Part shown: positions 16,014-25,298 of the stretch, piece after piece | How positions within the stretch are numbered: position 1 is the first letter of the stretch | Layout: every line of letters begins with the position of its first letter | Origin: a virus | Lineage: Duplodnaviria > Caudoviricetes | DNA length: 42,993 bases | Direction: 5' to 3' (one strand) | IMG/VR virus record: IMGVR_UViG_3300010220_000126 | Span: 1-42,993 of that record | The notes under the pieces: generated by a model | The model's input: the letters and a program-made list of their open reading frames with translations, nothing else | Database searches by the model: none | What the model was told of the DNA's origin: nothing | Translations under genes and position numbers: made by a program

Positions 16014-16137
16014 TGACGCCAGGACGACACGCGGTCCCTGCCATGGCAACCATCCCCGCAAGGCGGATCGGAGAGTAAGACCCGGCAAACCGGTGCCCGG
16101 ACTTCGCGACAGCCGAGTGCGGCAGGTGCGAGCGTCA
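16014..16137 (+). ncRNA. Putative structured late-operon leader RNA
   Basis: TTGACA at 15984-15989 upstream; nested pairings TGACGC/GCGTCA and CCTGCC/GGCAGG enclose hairpins at 16052-16068 (GCAA loop) and 16082-16093. Confidence 0.4.
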
Positions 16138-16188
16138 CAGGCGGCGGCGCGTGGCCAAACGGAAATCAAACGACAAGGCAAGCACGAT

Positions 16189-16566
16189 GTGACCGAGCGC
16201 ACGACGCGGCGGCACCGGACCAATCCGCACCATCACCTCTACAACAACACGCGGTGGCGGAAGCGCCGCAAGGCGCATTTGGAGAGCGAGCCAGTGTGTC
16301 GGATGTGCGCGGCACGCGGGTTGGTGAACGACGGCTCGCGGCAGATAGACGGAACGCCGCAGCCGGACCCGCTCCGGCGGTTCTTGGTCGCGGATCATAT
16401 CGAACCGCATCGGGGAGATCGGGGAAAGTTCTGGCACGGTGAATTGCAAACCCTGTGCCCAGACCATCACGACGCGGTGAAACAGGCGGAAGAAGCGCGC
16501 GGGTTCTCGACCGAGTGCGGAAGCGACGGGTGGCCGGTGGACGCGAAGCATCCCGCCAATCGGTAG
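16189..16566 (+). CDS. HNH endonuclease (cos-packaging associated)
   Basis: LYNNTRWRKRR..HL..EPVCRMC...VADHIEPHRGD...LQTLC..HHD..KQ..E...DGWP.D; start uncertain. Confidence 0.9.
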   Translation: MTERTTRRHRTNPHHHLYNNTRWRKRRKAHLESEPVCRMCAARGLVNDGSRQIDGTPQPDPLRRFLVADHIEPHRGDRGKFWHGELQTLCPDHHDAVKQAEEARGFSTECGSDGWPVDAKHPANR

Positions 16567-16625
16567 GGGGGGTGCAAAAGTTGAAGGCGGAAGGCCCGTA
16601 GACCGGCGGGTGGGGATTTCTGTAG
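16565..16625. other. Likely cos region
   Basis: GGGGGGGTGCAAAAG...GACCGGCGGGTGG between HNH and terS, the usual position in HK97-like phages; exact ends not determinable. Confidence 0.5.
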
Positions 16626-16650
16626 AGAAAGTCGGAATTGAAGGGAAAAA

Positions 16651-16688
16651 GCCACTTGGTGGGATCGGCCACCAGGTGGCGTTTTTTT
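16651..16688 (+). terminator. Intrinsic terminator-like hairpin before terS
   Basis: GCCACTTGGTGG-gatcgg-CCACCAGGTGGC followed by GTTTTTTT. Confidence 0.7.
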
Positions 16689-16698
16689 GGGTAGGACC

Positions 16699-17169
16699 AT
16701 GAAGGGCAGGAAGCCGGACAACGACGCGGTCGTACCGCTGACCGACGGTGTGCGGTATGAGGATCACGAGGCGGCGGCGCTGGCCAAGGCCGGTGCGCTA
16801 AAGCCGGCGGGGCTCGATGAAGACGTGTCCCGCGTCTGGGATCGCATCGCGCCGAAGGTCTGCCATCCGACCGTTGATCGCTTGAAGCCGCACATGCTCG
16901 AAACCTTCGTGCTCATGTGCAAGGTGCTTGCCCGGTACGAGCGGCTTGCCTCGTACCTTGCCGAATTCAATGTCGGCGAAACCTACGTCACCGAAACGCG
17001 CAACGGCGTGCAGTGGAAGTCACGGCCGGAAGTCGGGCAGATGAACGAAGCGTTTCGCCAATTCCTGACCTTGGCGCGGGACTTCGGCTTGACGCCAGCG
17101 GCCGAACGCGGGCTGAAGGCCAATCCAAACCAGGGCATGTTGCCATTTGAGGCTGAAGACTTCGCGTGA
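16699..17169 (+). CDS. terS: Terminase small subunit (P27-like)
   Basis: MKGRKP...VW.RIAP...KSRPEV......FGLTPAA; AGGA RBS. Confidence 0.85.
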   Translation: MKGRKPDNDAVVPLTDGVRYEDHEAAALAKAGALKPAGLDEDVSRVWDRIAPKVCHPTVDRLKPHMLETFVLMCKVLARYERLASYLAEFNVGETYVTETRNGVQWKSRPEVGQMNEAFRQFLTLARDFGLTPAAERGLKANPNQGMLPFEAEDFA

Positions 17170-18959
17170 CGGTTCGCACCGATCCCGCCCGCGACCCGGT
17201 CACGGCTTGGGCGGAAGACGTGGTGGCAGGCCGGATCGTCGCGGGGCCGCACATTCGAAATGCCGCGAACCGTCACTTGACGGACCTTGAGAACGGACCG
17301 GCGCGCGGGCTGTTCTGGGATGTCGATGCGGCGCGGGCCGTGCTGGATTTCTTCCCGCGCCGGCTGCGCTTGAATGGTGGCAAATTCGAAGGCAAGCCGT
17401 TCCATCTGCACCCGTCGCAACAGTTTCGCGTCGGATCGCTGTTCGGGTGGAAGGACAGGGACACCGGCTTGCGCCGGTTCCGGCGCTTCTATGACGAGGA
17501 AGGCAAGGGCAACGGCAAATCGCCGATGCTGGCCGGAATCGGGCTTGTCGGGTTGGTCCGGGATCGCGAGCCGCGCGCGGAAATCTACGCGGCGGCCTCA
17601 AAGAAAGATCAGGCCATGGTTTTGTTTCGCGACGCGGTCGCCATGGTCGATCAATCCCCGGCCTTGGCTGGTCGGGTTCGCAAACTCGGCATTGACCCTG
17701 TCTGGCAGCTCAACTACGTCGCGCGGGACGGCGGCAAGCGGTTCTTCAAGCCGATATCGAGTGATGAGGGAAAATCGGGACCGCGTCCGCACATGGCCTT
17801 GTGCGATGAGGTGCACGAACACCGCAATCGCGACACGATCGATATGTTGGAGCGCGGCTTTAAGTCCCGCGATCAACCGTTGCTGGCGATGGCGACGAAT
17901 GCCGGCACGGATCGGCAATCGATCTGTTTCGAGGAACACACGCACGCAATCAATGTCGCGGCAGGCCTTGTCGATGACGATCGTACGTTCGCATTTGTCT
18001 GTTCGCTCGATGAGGGGGACGATTGGGAGCTTGATCCGTCCTGCTGGCCAAAGGCCAATCCGTTACTTGGGACCATCCTCACGCCCGATTGGCTCGCCGA
18101 CCAGGTAAATCAGGCGCGGCTGATTCCTGGAAAACGCAACGGCATTGCGCGGCTGCATTTTTGCGAGTGGACGGAAGCCGAAACGGCTGCATTTAAGCGC
18201 GAAGCTTGGATGGCATGCGTCGGTGAAGTTGATATCGACTCGCTTATCGAGGCCGGACACCCGTGCTATGGCGGCCTCGACTTGTCCAGGACCCGTGACT
18301 TTACCGCCTTGACCCTGACGTGGGTTTTAGAGGCCGCCCGCGACCAGCAAGTCATGGTCTCGGGAACTTGGTTCTGGACCCCGCGCGACACCTTGGCAGA
18401 ACGGGCCGCGAAAGATCGCGCGCCGTATGATCAGTGGGAAAAGGCCGGTCACGTCGAAGCCGTGCCGGGTGTGCGGCTCAAGTATCGGTGGCTTGCGGAA
18501 GCCATCGCGGAAATTTGCGCCAAGGCGCATCCGATCGAAATCGGCTGCGATCAATACGGGCTAGAGAACTTAGCGGAACACTTGATCGAGATTGGTGCCG
18601 ATCTGCCGATGACGGTGCATCCGCAAGGGTTCCAAAAAAGGATCCTCGAAAAGGACACGGCATTGCCGGAAGGTGACCAGGAAATCTACCTGTGGATGCC
18701 TGACTCGATCAACAAGCTTGAGCATGCGGTCTACGAAAAACGGCTGAAGATCGCGGCAAATCCCATGATGAATCATTGCGCGGCGTCGGTCGTCTATACC
18801 GAAAATCGAACGGGGCACCGCATGTTCGACAAGAGCAAGGCCTATGGCCGTATCGATGGCATGGTGTCGCTCGCCATGTCGATTGGTGTCGCCACGTGCC
18901 GCGAACGGCAAGGCGATGGTCCGTCGATCTATGAAGATCGCGGAATACTGATGATCTGA
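17166..18959 (+). CDS. terL: Terminase large subunit
   Basis: GKGNGKS (Walker A), AASKKDQA, CDEVHEH (Walker B), YGGLDLS, RIDGMVSL. Confidence 0.96.
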   Translation: MTVRTDPARDPVTAWAEDVVAGRIVAGPHIRNAANRHLTDLENGPARGLFWDVDAARAVLDFFPRRLRLNGGKFEGKPFHLHPSQQFRVGSLFGWKDRDTGLRRFRRFYDEEGKGNGKSPMLAGIGLVGLVRDREPRAEIYAAASKKDQAMVLFRDAVAMVDQSPALAGRVRKLGIDPVWQLNYVARDGGKRFFKPISSDEGKSGPRPHMALCDEVHEHRNRDTIDMLERGFKSRDQPLLAMATNAGTDRQSICFEEHTHAINVAAGLVDDDRTFAFVCSLDEGDDWELDPSCWPKANPLLGTILTPDWLADQVNQARLIPGKRNGIARLHFCEWTEAETAAFKREAWMACVGEVDIDSLIEAGHPCYGGLDLSRTRDFTALTLTWVLEAARDQQVMVSGTWFWTPRDTLAERAAKDRAPYDQWEKAGHVEAVPGVRLKYRWLAEAIAEICAKAHPIEIGCDQYGLENLAEHLIEIGADLPMTVHPQGFQKRILEKDTALPEGDQEIYLWMPDSINKLEHAVYEKRLKIAANPMMNHCAASVVYTENRTGHRMFDKSKAYGRIDGMVSLAMSIGVATCRERQGDGPSIYEDRGILMI

Positions 18960-18966
18960 GGCAAGT

Positions 18967-20226
18967 ATGGGCTTTCTCACCCGGCTATTTCGCCGACCGG
19001 ATGCGGCGGCGGAACCATCAAACGCGCCTCGACCGATGGCCAGTGCCGATGCCGGCATGATGTTCGGCGGGCTAAGCGATCCGGCTTTGCTTGAGTTCAT
19101 TCGAAGCGGCGGTAGTTCGAATATTTCGGTTGAACGGGCGATGACTAACTCAGCGGTCTATCGGTCGGTCACGTTGATCTCGTATGCAATCGGCATGTTG
19201 CCGTTGCACCTCGTCGATGCGCAAACCAAGGAAAAGGCGACCGACCATCCACTTTTCAAGTTGTTGCATCGCGAACCGAACGGGTTTCAGACGGCGTTCA
19301 ACTTTCGACAGTTGATGCAGCGATGGGCGCTGACGCGTGGAAACGCCTATGCCCACATCGTGCGGTCTCGCGGACGGGTCGTTCAGTTGGTGCCGATTCA
19401 TCCAGATCGTGTGACGCCTGTACAGCGGCCGGACTGGTCTGTCGTCTATGAGGTGCGTAGTGGTCGGCATGGTGGGGGTGTGAGCAAATTGCCGCCTTCC
19501 GAAATACTGCATATTTTTGGCGATAGCGACGATGGGCTCTCGGGTGTGTCTCTGGTCAAGATCGCGGCGGATGCCATCGGCCTTGCCATGGATGCCGAGC
19601 GTGCCGCGCGGCGCCTTTTCCAAAACGGTATGATGGTTGGCGGCGCCTTGACGCATCCGAGCAAGCTTTCACCCGAAGCCTACGAGCGCTTGCGTGCGAG
19701 TATGGAGGACCGTTACGCGGGCGCGGAAAACGCACACCGATGGATGGTCCTGGAAGAGGGTTTGAAGGCGGAAGCGTTTTCGCAGACGTCGAAGGACAGC
19801 CAGCAAAATGAGACGCGGCACTATCAAATCGAGGATATCGGCCGCATCTTCGGAGTGCCGCGGCCGTTTTTGAACCTCGATGATACGTCCTGGGGCTCCG
19901 GGATTGACGTGCTTGGTCAAACCTTTGTTCGATACGCCCTCAATCCATGGTTTGAAGCCTGGCAGCAGGCGGCTGAACGGTCGCTGTTGGCGCCGGCTGA
20001 AAAGGGTCGATACGCCGCAAAATTCAATCCGGGCGCGCTTCTGCGCGGCAACATGAAGGATCAAGCCGACTTTTTCAAAGCCGCGCTTGGTTCCGGTGGT
20101 CATCAACCGTGGATGGCCTACGACGAAGTTCGCGACACGACCGACCTTCCGGTCCGTGAGATCGCGCCAAATCCTCTTGCACAAAAAGGGACGAGCAATG
20201 AGCCTGCGGAACCTGCCGGAAATTGA
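18967..20226 (+). CDS. HK97-family portal protein
   Basis: SAVYRSV.LI...IGMLPL...HPL..LL..EPN..QT...GNAYA...EILHI....DGL.G.S...IGRIFGVP. Confidence 0.96.
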   Translation: MGFLTRLFRRPDAAAEPSNAPRPMASADAGMMFGGLSDPALLEFIRSGGSSNISVERAMTNSAVYRSVTLISYAIGMLPLHLVDAQTKEKATDHPLFKLLHREPNGFQTAFNFRQLMQRWALTRGNAYAHIVRSRGRVVQLVPIHPDRVTPVQRPDWSVVYEVRSGRHGGGVSKLPPSEILHIFGDSDDGLSGVSLVKIAADAIGLAMDAERAARRLFQNGMMVGGALTHPSKLSPEAYERLRASMEDRYAGAENAHRWMVLEEGLKAEAFSQTSKDSQQNETRHYQIEDIGRIFGVPRPFLNLDDTSWGSGIDVLGQTFVRYALNPWFEAWQQAAERSLLAPAEKGRYAAKFNPGALLRGNMKDQADFFKAALGSGGHQPWMAYDEVRDTTDLPVREIAPNPLAQKGTSNEPAEPAGN

Positions 20227-21049
20227 TGCCGCCAGCCTGCCTGATATCTGCGCGTTTCAGCCGGACCCGGAAGCGGTGGACCGTTGGGACGGAGGCATTC
20301 TTGCTGAGCAAAGCGACGAAAACACCATCACCATCTTAGATTCGATCGGTGAGGATTGGTGGACTGGTGGTGGTGTCACGTCGAAGCGTGTCGCGGCGGC
20401 CTTGCGGTCGATCGGGCCGGGTGAGGTGTTCGTTGATATCAATTCGCCCGGCGGCGACTTTTTTGAAGGTGTTGCGATCTACAATTTGTTGCGGGAGCAC
20501 AAGGGAAAGGTCACCGTTCGGGTGTTGGGATTGGCGGCGTCGGCGGCATCTCTGATCACCATGGCGGGCGACGAGGTCAGAATCGGCAAGGCCGCCTTCA
20601 TGATGGTGCACAACGCATGGGTGGTCGCGATCGGCAATCGCCACGATTTGCAGGACGTAGCGGAAAAGCTGGAGCCGATCGACGGCGCCATGGCGGCGGT
20701 CTATGCCGATCGATCGGGTGCCGATAAGGGCACTGTTGCAAAATGGATGGACGCCGAGACCTGGTTCAATGGCGAAGACGCCGTGGGAGCCGGTTTGGCG
20801 GACGATTTTCTGTCGTCGGATGCTATCACACGGGATGACGAACAGGCGAAGGCATTCGACCAACTCAAGCCTGTCATGAAAGCGGAATTTGGCCTAGCAA
20901 AGGCCGGAATGAGCCGACAAGAGCGCCGTAGCCTCTTGGGCGATATCATGGGGCCGGCCAACGGGCTGGCGGCCCAGCGTCTTGCCGTAGCGGACGAACA
21001 AGGGATCGCAAAAGCTCTTGAGCAATTGCGATCGACGATCAGGTCATAA
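20198..21049 (+). CDS. ClpP-type head maturation protease
   Basis: INSPGGDFFEG.AIYN.L...GLAASAAS.I.MAGD...MMVHN...MDAETW; start re-called at 20198. Confidence 0.93.
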   Translation: MSLRNLPEIDAASLPDICAFQPDPEAVDRWDGGILAEQSDENTITILDSIGEDWWTGGGVTSKRVAAALRSIGPGEVFVDINSPGGDFFEGVAIYNLLREHKGKVTVRVLGLAASAASLITMAGDEVRIGKAAFMMVHNAWVVAIGNRHDLQDVAEKLEPIDGAMAAVYADRSGADKGTVAKWMDAETWFNGEDAVGAGLADDFLSSDAITRDDEQAKAFDQLKPVMKAEFGLAKAGMSRQERRSLLGDIMGPANGLAAQRLAVADEQGIAKALEQLRSTIRS

Positions 21050-21065
21050 CCAGGAGCAAGCAGAC

Positions 21066-22307
21066 ATGACCATGCAAACGATGTCGCGCAAGTTGCGCGG
21101 CGCCGTCTCCGTTCGTGCCGACGCCACGGGCGGTGACATAAAGACGCTTATTGACGCCCTGAATGCCGACTTCAAGTCGTTCAAGGAAACGATGGCCCAG
21201 AAAGACAAGGAGGTCGCCGCAAAGTTCGACGATGTGGTGACCACGGAAAGGCTCGATCGCATCAACAACAGCGTCGGCGAATTGCAGGCGGCGATCGATG
21301 ACGCAAACGCCAAGATTGCGGCTTTGTCAGTCGATGGCGGGGGCGGTGGCGAGGTCAAGGACCGTGAGTATACGGACGCCTTTCGCGCCTATTTCCGCCG
21401 CGATGAAGTCCGCGCGTCCTTGAACAAGGGTGCTGCCGATGAAGGTGGCTACTTGGCGCCGGTCGAATGGGACCGGACGATTGTCGATAAGCTGGTGACG
21501 GTGTCACCCATGCGCCAAATCGCTGGCCAACAGACGATTTCCGGCGCCGGGTTCCAGAAGCTCTTCAACCTTCGTGGCACCGCGTCGGGATGGGTCGGCG
21601 AGGCGGCGGCGCGGCCGGGAACCAACGGTCCCGCCTTCGGCACGATGTCGTTCGACACGGGCGAACTCTATGCCAACCCGGCGGCAACGCAGCAACTCCT
21701 CGACGACGCCGAAATCGACCTGGAAACGTGGCTCGCGGGTGAGGTTGAAACCGAGTTCGCCTATCAGGAAGGTCTTGCGTTCATCTCTGGCAACGGAGCC
21801 AACAAGCCGCGCGGCTTCTTGACCTTCGTTACCGGCGGGGCGGCGGCGGCGGTCAATCCGCTCGGACCAATCGCGGTCAAGACGGCCGCGTCGGCGGCCG
21901 CGATTGCCACGGACGAGCTGGTTGACATTGTCCACATGTTGCCGAGCGAATTCACCGGGAATGCCCGGTGGGTCATGAACCGCACTACGCAGGGCGTGCT
22001 GCGGAAGTTGAAGGACGGTCAGGGCAACTACATTTGGCAACCGTCTTACGCGGCTGGCCAGCCGGCGACGATCCTTGGCTACGCAGTCACCGAAATGGCC
22101 GGTATGCCGGACATTGGTGCATCGGCCCTGCCGATCGCCTTCGGCGACTTCCGGCGCGGCTATCTCATTGTCGACCGGGCCGGCGTTCGCGTGTTGCGGG
22201 ACCCGTTCACCAACAAGCCGTATGTCATGTTCTATACGACGAAGCGTGTCGGCGGTGGCGTGGTCAATCCGGAAACGCTGAAAGCGTTCAAGATGGCGGC
22301 GGCCTAA
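21066..22307 (+). CDS. Major capsid protein (HK97 fold)
   Basis: EGGYLAP, WVGE, ATQQLLDD, G.G.NKPRG, LKDGQGNYIWQP, AFGDF, RDPFT.KPYV.FYTTKRVGG; AGGAG RBS. Confidence 0.96.
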   Translation: MTMQTMSRKLRGAVSVRADATGGDIKTLIDALNADFKSFKETMAQKDKEVAAKFDDVVTTERLDRINNSVGELQAAIDDANAKIAALSVDGGGGGEVKDREYTDAFRAYFRRDEVRASLNKGAADEGGYLAPVEWDRTIVDKLVTVSPMRQIAGQQTISGAGFQKLFNLRGTASGWVGEAAARPGTNGPAFGTMSFDTGELYANPAATQQLLDDAEIDLETWLAGEVETEFAYQEGLAFISGNGANKPRGFLTFVTGGAAAAVNPLGPIAVKTAASAAAIATDELVDIVHMLPSEFTGNARWVMNRTTQGVLRKLKDGQGNYIWQPSYAAGQPATILGYAVTEMAGMPDIGASALPIAFGDFRRGYLIVDRAGVRVLRDPFTNKPYVMFYTTKRVGGGVVNPETLKAFKMAAA

Positions 22308-22331
22308 AGGCGCGTTGCCATCTGGATGAAT

Positions 22332-22363
22332 GGGGGGGCGGGATTGTTTCCCGCCCCTTTTTC
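22332..22363 (+). terminator. Terminator-like hairpin after the capsid gene
   Basis: GGGGCGGGA-ttgtt-TCCCGCCCC followed by a T tract. Confidence 0.7.
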
Positions 22364-22392
22364 TCAAGCGCGAAGGAAGAAAGGTAAAGATC

Positions 22393-22611
22393 ATGGCTCA
22401 ATCCAAACAACAGACCGACCCGGAAAAACAGACCGACCCGGAAAAACAGACCGATCTGGAAAACCAGACCGATCCGGCTGAGGCGATTGCGGCAACGACC
22501 GTCGTCGGCACGGGTGAACAGTCGATGAGCGAAGCGGAATGCGGCGAGCGCGGCCTTGACCCGGCGGTGTACGGCTATGTCAAGGACGCGAAGCCGGACG
22601 AAAAGAAATGA
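22393..22611 (+). CDS. Small protein with QTDPEK repeats
   Basis: AAGG RBS; ATGA overlap with the next gene. Confidence 0.65.
   Translation: MAQSKQQTDPEKQTDPEKQTDLENQTDPAEAIAATTVVGTGEQSMSEAECGERGLDPAVYGYVKDAKPDEKK
22411..22477 (+). repeat. 18-bp tandem repeat (~3.7 copies)
   Basis: CAGACCGACCCGGAAAAA x2 followed by degenerate copies. Confidence 0.9.
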
Positions 22612-23207
22612 CCATCGTCGTTCAACCGCCGGTGCGGGTCGTCCCACCGGCGGAATCGCCGATTTCGATCGATGAGGCTAAGGCGCATTGCCGTGTCGAT
22701 CACGACGACGACGACGTGCTTATCGCTTCATTGATCGGGGCGGCGACGGACCACCTAGACGGCTATACGGGCATCTTGGGCCGATGCCTGGTGTCGCAGC
22801 AATGGCGGCTCGTCTTGAACGGTTTCCCGGTCGGCGGCGTCATTCCGCTACCCTTAGCGCCGGTGTTGTCCATTGTGTCGGTCGTCTACCGTGATCTTGA
22901 CGACGACGCGCAAACGCTGGACCCGGGGGCTTATATCTTGCTGCCGTCCGCTGGCTGCGATGGTGTCGTGCGTGCGACCGATGCGGCATGGCCCGCGACA
23001 GCGACGCGGCCGGACGCGGTCACCGTGACTTTTTCCGCCGGCTATGCGACGGCGGCCGATGTGCCGGCGGCGATCAAGCAAGCGATGCTGCTCATGGTCG
23101 GATTTTGGTACGAGACCCGCGAAGATGCGACAATTGGTGCTGCTGTCCACGCGATCCCGCTTAGCGCGGATCGTCTCTTGGCGCCATATCGCCGGGTGGC
23201 GTTCTGA
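22608..23207 (+). CDS. Head-tail connector (gp6-like)
   Basis: PISIDEAKAHCRVD..DDD.LI..LI.AA...GR.L..Q.W...VP.AIKQAMLLMVG.WYE.RE. Confidence 0.92.
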   Translation: MTIVVQPPVRVVPPAESPISIDEAKAHCRVDHDDDDVLIASLIGAATDHLDGYTGILGRCLVSQQWRLVLNGFPVGGVIPLPLAPVLSIVSVVYRDLDDDAQTLDPGAYILLPSAGCDGVVRATDAAWPATATRPDAVTVTFSAGYATAADVPAAIKQAMLLMVGFWYETREDATIGAAVHAIPLSADRLLAPYRRVAF

Positions 23208-23539
23208 TGCCTGCGGGGACGCTTCGGGACCGTGTCACGTTCCAGGAGCCAGTGCCTGCGCCGGACGGCATGGGGGGCTATGTGGTCGCTTGGTCGGATC
23301 AATTTACCACGTGGTCTCAGTTCATGCCGGAACGTGGTCGGGAGCGTGTCGAGCAAGGCCGGATCAATGACGCCGTTGGTGGGGTGTTGCGGGTGCGGTG
23401 CTCTTCTGAGACGGCCCGGATCACGGCCGCATGGCGGGTCATGATCGGTGGTGAAGTCTACAATATCCGATCGAAGACAAATCCCGATCGTCGCTATCGT
23501 TACTACGAAATGACCATTGAACGCGGGGTCGCAACCTGA
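23207..23539 (+). CDS. Head closure protein
   Basis: AG.LRDRVTFQ......DGMGG....W...G.E...ITAAWRV......YNI. Confidence 0.9.
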   Translation: MPAGTLRDRVTFQEPVPAPDGMGGYVVAWSDQFTTWSQFMPERGRERVEQGRINDAVGGVLRVRCSSETARITAAWRVMIGGEVYNIRSKTNPDRRYRYYEMTIERGVAT

Positions 23540-23919
23540 TGGCTGATCAAGTTTCCATGAAGCTGCAGGGCGGTGACCGGGTGTTTCGGCACATGCGTGC
23601 GATGCCGCGCGCCGTGGCGGAAGAATGGGACAAGGCCGGTGAAAAGTCGGCAACGGAAGTCGCTGCGCTCGCATCTCATTTGGCGCCCAAACGGACCGGA
23701 CAATATGCGGCCTCGATTCAGGCAAAGCGCATTAGCAGCGAGCGCGGGCCGGCTTGGGGAGTGTTTGCGTCCTGGGTATGGCGTTTCATTGAATTTGGAA
23801 CGCTCAACGCCACGGCGCGGCCGCATCTTTGGCCGGCGCTCCGATTGCTGAAAAAACGTGTCCGCAACCGCTACAAGCGCGCGACGTCGAAGGGCGTCAA
23901 ACGGGCCTTGGGTAAATGA
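23539..23919 (+). CDS. HK97 gp10-like tail completion protein
   Basis: APKRTG....SI...WRFIEFGT....ARPHLWPA. Confidence 0.88.
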   Translation: MADQVSMKLQGGDRVFRHMRAMPRAVAEEWDKAGEKSATEVAALASHLAPKRTGQYAASIQAKRISSERGPAWGVFASWVWRFIEFGTLNATARPHLWPALRLLKKRVRNRYKRATSKGVKRALGK

Positions 23920-24311
23920 ATACCGAAACGGCGGTTCAGACCGCAGTCTATCAGGCGCTAGTCGCCGCGCCGCTGACTGATGCACCGGCGATTACCGATC
24001 ATCCTCCCACTGATGACGACGGCGATTATCCGTCCATTCAAATCGGCGAAACGATGGTGCTGTCGGACGACGTGTCATGCGCGGACGGGGCGGAAACGTA
24101 TCAGACATTGCATGTCTGGTCGCGCTATCGCGGGCAACGGCAAACCAAGAGAATTATCGGCGAGATTCATGACGCGCTGCACGGCGCGTCCCTGAGTGTC
24201 GCCGGCCTGCAATCCTGCCACGTGCTTATCGAGCAATGGCGGGTCATGGACGACCCGGACGGCCTGACACGGCACGGCGTTGTCGTTTTGACCATTCACC
24301 AGCGGACCTAG
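23916..24311 (+). CDS. DUF3168 tail terminator
   Basis: VQTAVYQAL...YP.IQIGE...TLHVWSR..G...K.I...I.DALH...DPDGLTRHGV. Confidence 0.9.
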   Translation: MNTETAVQTAVYQALVAAPLTDAPAITDHPPTDDDGDYPSIQIGETMVLSDDVSCADGAETYQTLHVWSRYRGQRQTKRIIGEIHDALHGASLSVAGLQSCHVLIEQWRVMDDPDGLTRHGVVVLTIHQRT

Positions 24312-24322
24312 GAGGCCTGACA

Positions 24323-24748
24323 ATGGCGACGAAGTTGGGGCGCATGCTCTTGCTCAAGATTGGCGATGGTGGATCGCCGGAAGCGTTCGACAATGTGTGC
24401 GGGGTGAAGACTCGCGAACTGTCGATCGACAACGAAACGATCGATGTCACGCAGCCGAATTGCTTGGCGCCGGGGAACAAACTTGAGACGGCGATGGATT
24501 ATGGTGTGCAGACAGTGTCTTGTTCGGTCTCTGGTGAGGCGAGTGACGAGGCGACGCAGCAAGCGTTGAAGTCGGCGGCCTTCGACCAGGGAAAGCCCCG
24601 GGCGCAATTGGTGGTGCCCGGTGATGGCACATTCGAGGGCGCGCTTATTCTGTCGAGTTTCAAATACTCCGGCGAAATGACGGGCACCATGAAGTTTTCC
24701 GCCGAAATGACCTTCAGCGGCGGCGTGAGCTATACGGCCGAAACGTGA
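24323..24748 (+). CDS. Major tail tube protein
   Basis: GR.LLLKIGDG..PE.F..V.G......ETIDVT; AGGAGG RBS. Confidence 0.9.
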   Translation: MATKLGRMLLLKIGDGGSPEAFDNVCGVKTRELSIDNETIDVTQPNCLAPGNKLETAMDYGVQTVSCSVSGEASDEATQQALKSAAFDQGKPRAQLVVPGDGTFEGALILSSFKYSGEMTGTMKFSAEMTFSGGVSYTAET

Positions 24749-25101
24749 TGATGATCGCGAACAAGGCGCGCGGCGAAGTCGCACTTCAGGTCGGCAAGCC
24801 CCCGGTCGATCTGGTTATTTGCTGCACCATGGAAGGGCTTGCCAAGGTGTCGGCGGTGGTGAGCGCGCCGACCCTATCGGCGCTTTACCAGCGGATCGTG
24901 GGGGCGGAGCCGATCGCTATGCACGCCGTGCTAGAGACATGGACGGTGCAAGGCGAGGTCGCGGCCGCGCTTGACGCATATCGTTTGCCGGACCTGCCAA
25001 AGATCGCTCGCGCGGCGGCGGAAGCGATGGCGCATCATATGGAGGGTGAGGACGTGGAGCCGGGAAAGTCGGAAGTCGAAGCGGCGGGCGCGAACGTTTG
25101 A
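24748..25101 (+). CDS. Tail assembly chaperone (gpG-like)
   Basis: ANKARGEV start; ends near ..EPGK.. on a slippery site. Confidence 0.8.
   Translation: MMIANKARGEVALQVGKPPVDLVICCTMEGLAKVSAVVSAPTLSALYQRIVGAEPIAMHAVLETWTVQGEVAAALDAYRLPDLPKIARAAAEAMAHHMEGEDVEPGKSEVEAAGANV
25062..25068 (+). other. -1 programmed ribosomal frameshift site GGGAAAG
   Basis: In-frame ccG GGA AAG (Gly-Lys), identical to the lambda G/GT site; the -1 frame is open into ORF 25098-25298. Confidence 0.85.
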
Positions 25102-25298
25102 CCGCCATTCCGTTTCGACAATGGCTAAAATGGTTGCCGGCGGTCGGTTGGTCTCCGACCGAATTCTGGTCTTCCTCCCTGACCGAGTTTTTCTCTGCGA
25201 TCGAGGGTTGGAACCGCATGAACGGCGGCGGCGATCCGGACGGCTTCACCGATGAAGACCGGAGAGAAGTCGAGCGGCTAAAGCGGGTTTACTTGTGA
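25098..25298 (+). CDS. Tail assembly chaperone C-terminal part (gpT-like)
   Basis: GWSPTEFWSSSLTEF..AIEG; only a TTG start, reachable by -1 frameshift. Confidence 0.8.
   Translation: MTAIPFRQWLKWLPAVGWSPTEFWSSSLTEFFSAIEGWNRMNGGGDPDGFTDEDRREVERLKRVYL

Noticed and set aside
14705-16138. 477-aa minus-strand ORF and similar long antisense ORFs (21504-22394, 28987-30093, 32157-33242, 35908-37089, 38076-38996)
   Set aside because: Shadows of well-supported genes in high-GC DNA. Unlike the two bridging ORFs they lack matched stop/start junctions with neighbours.
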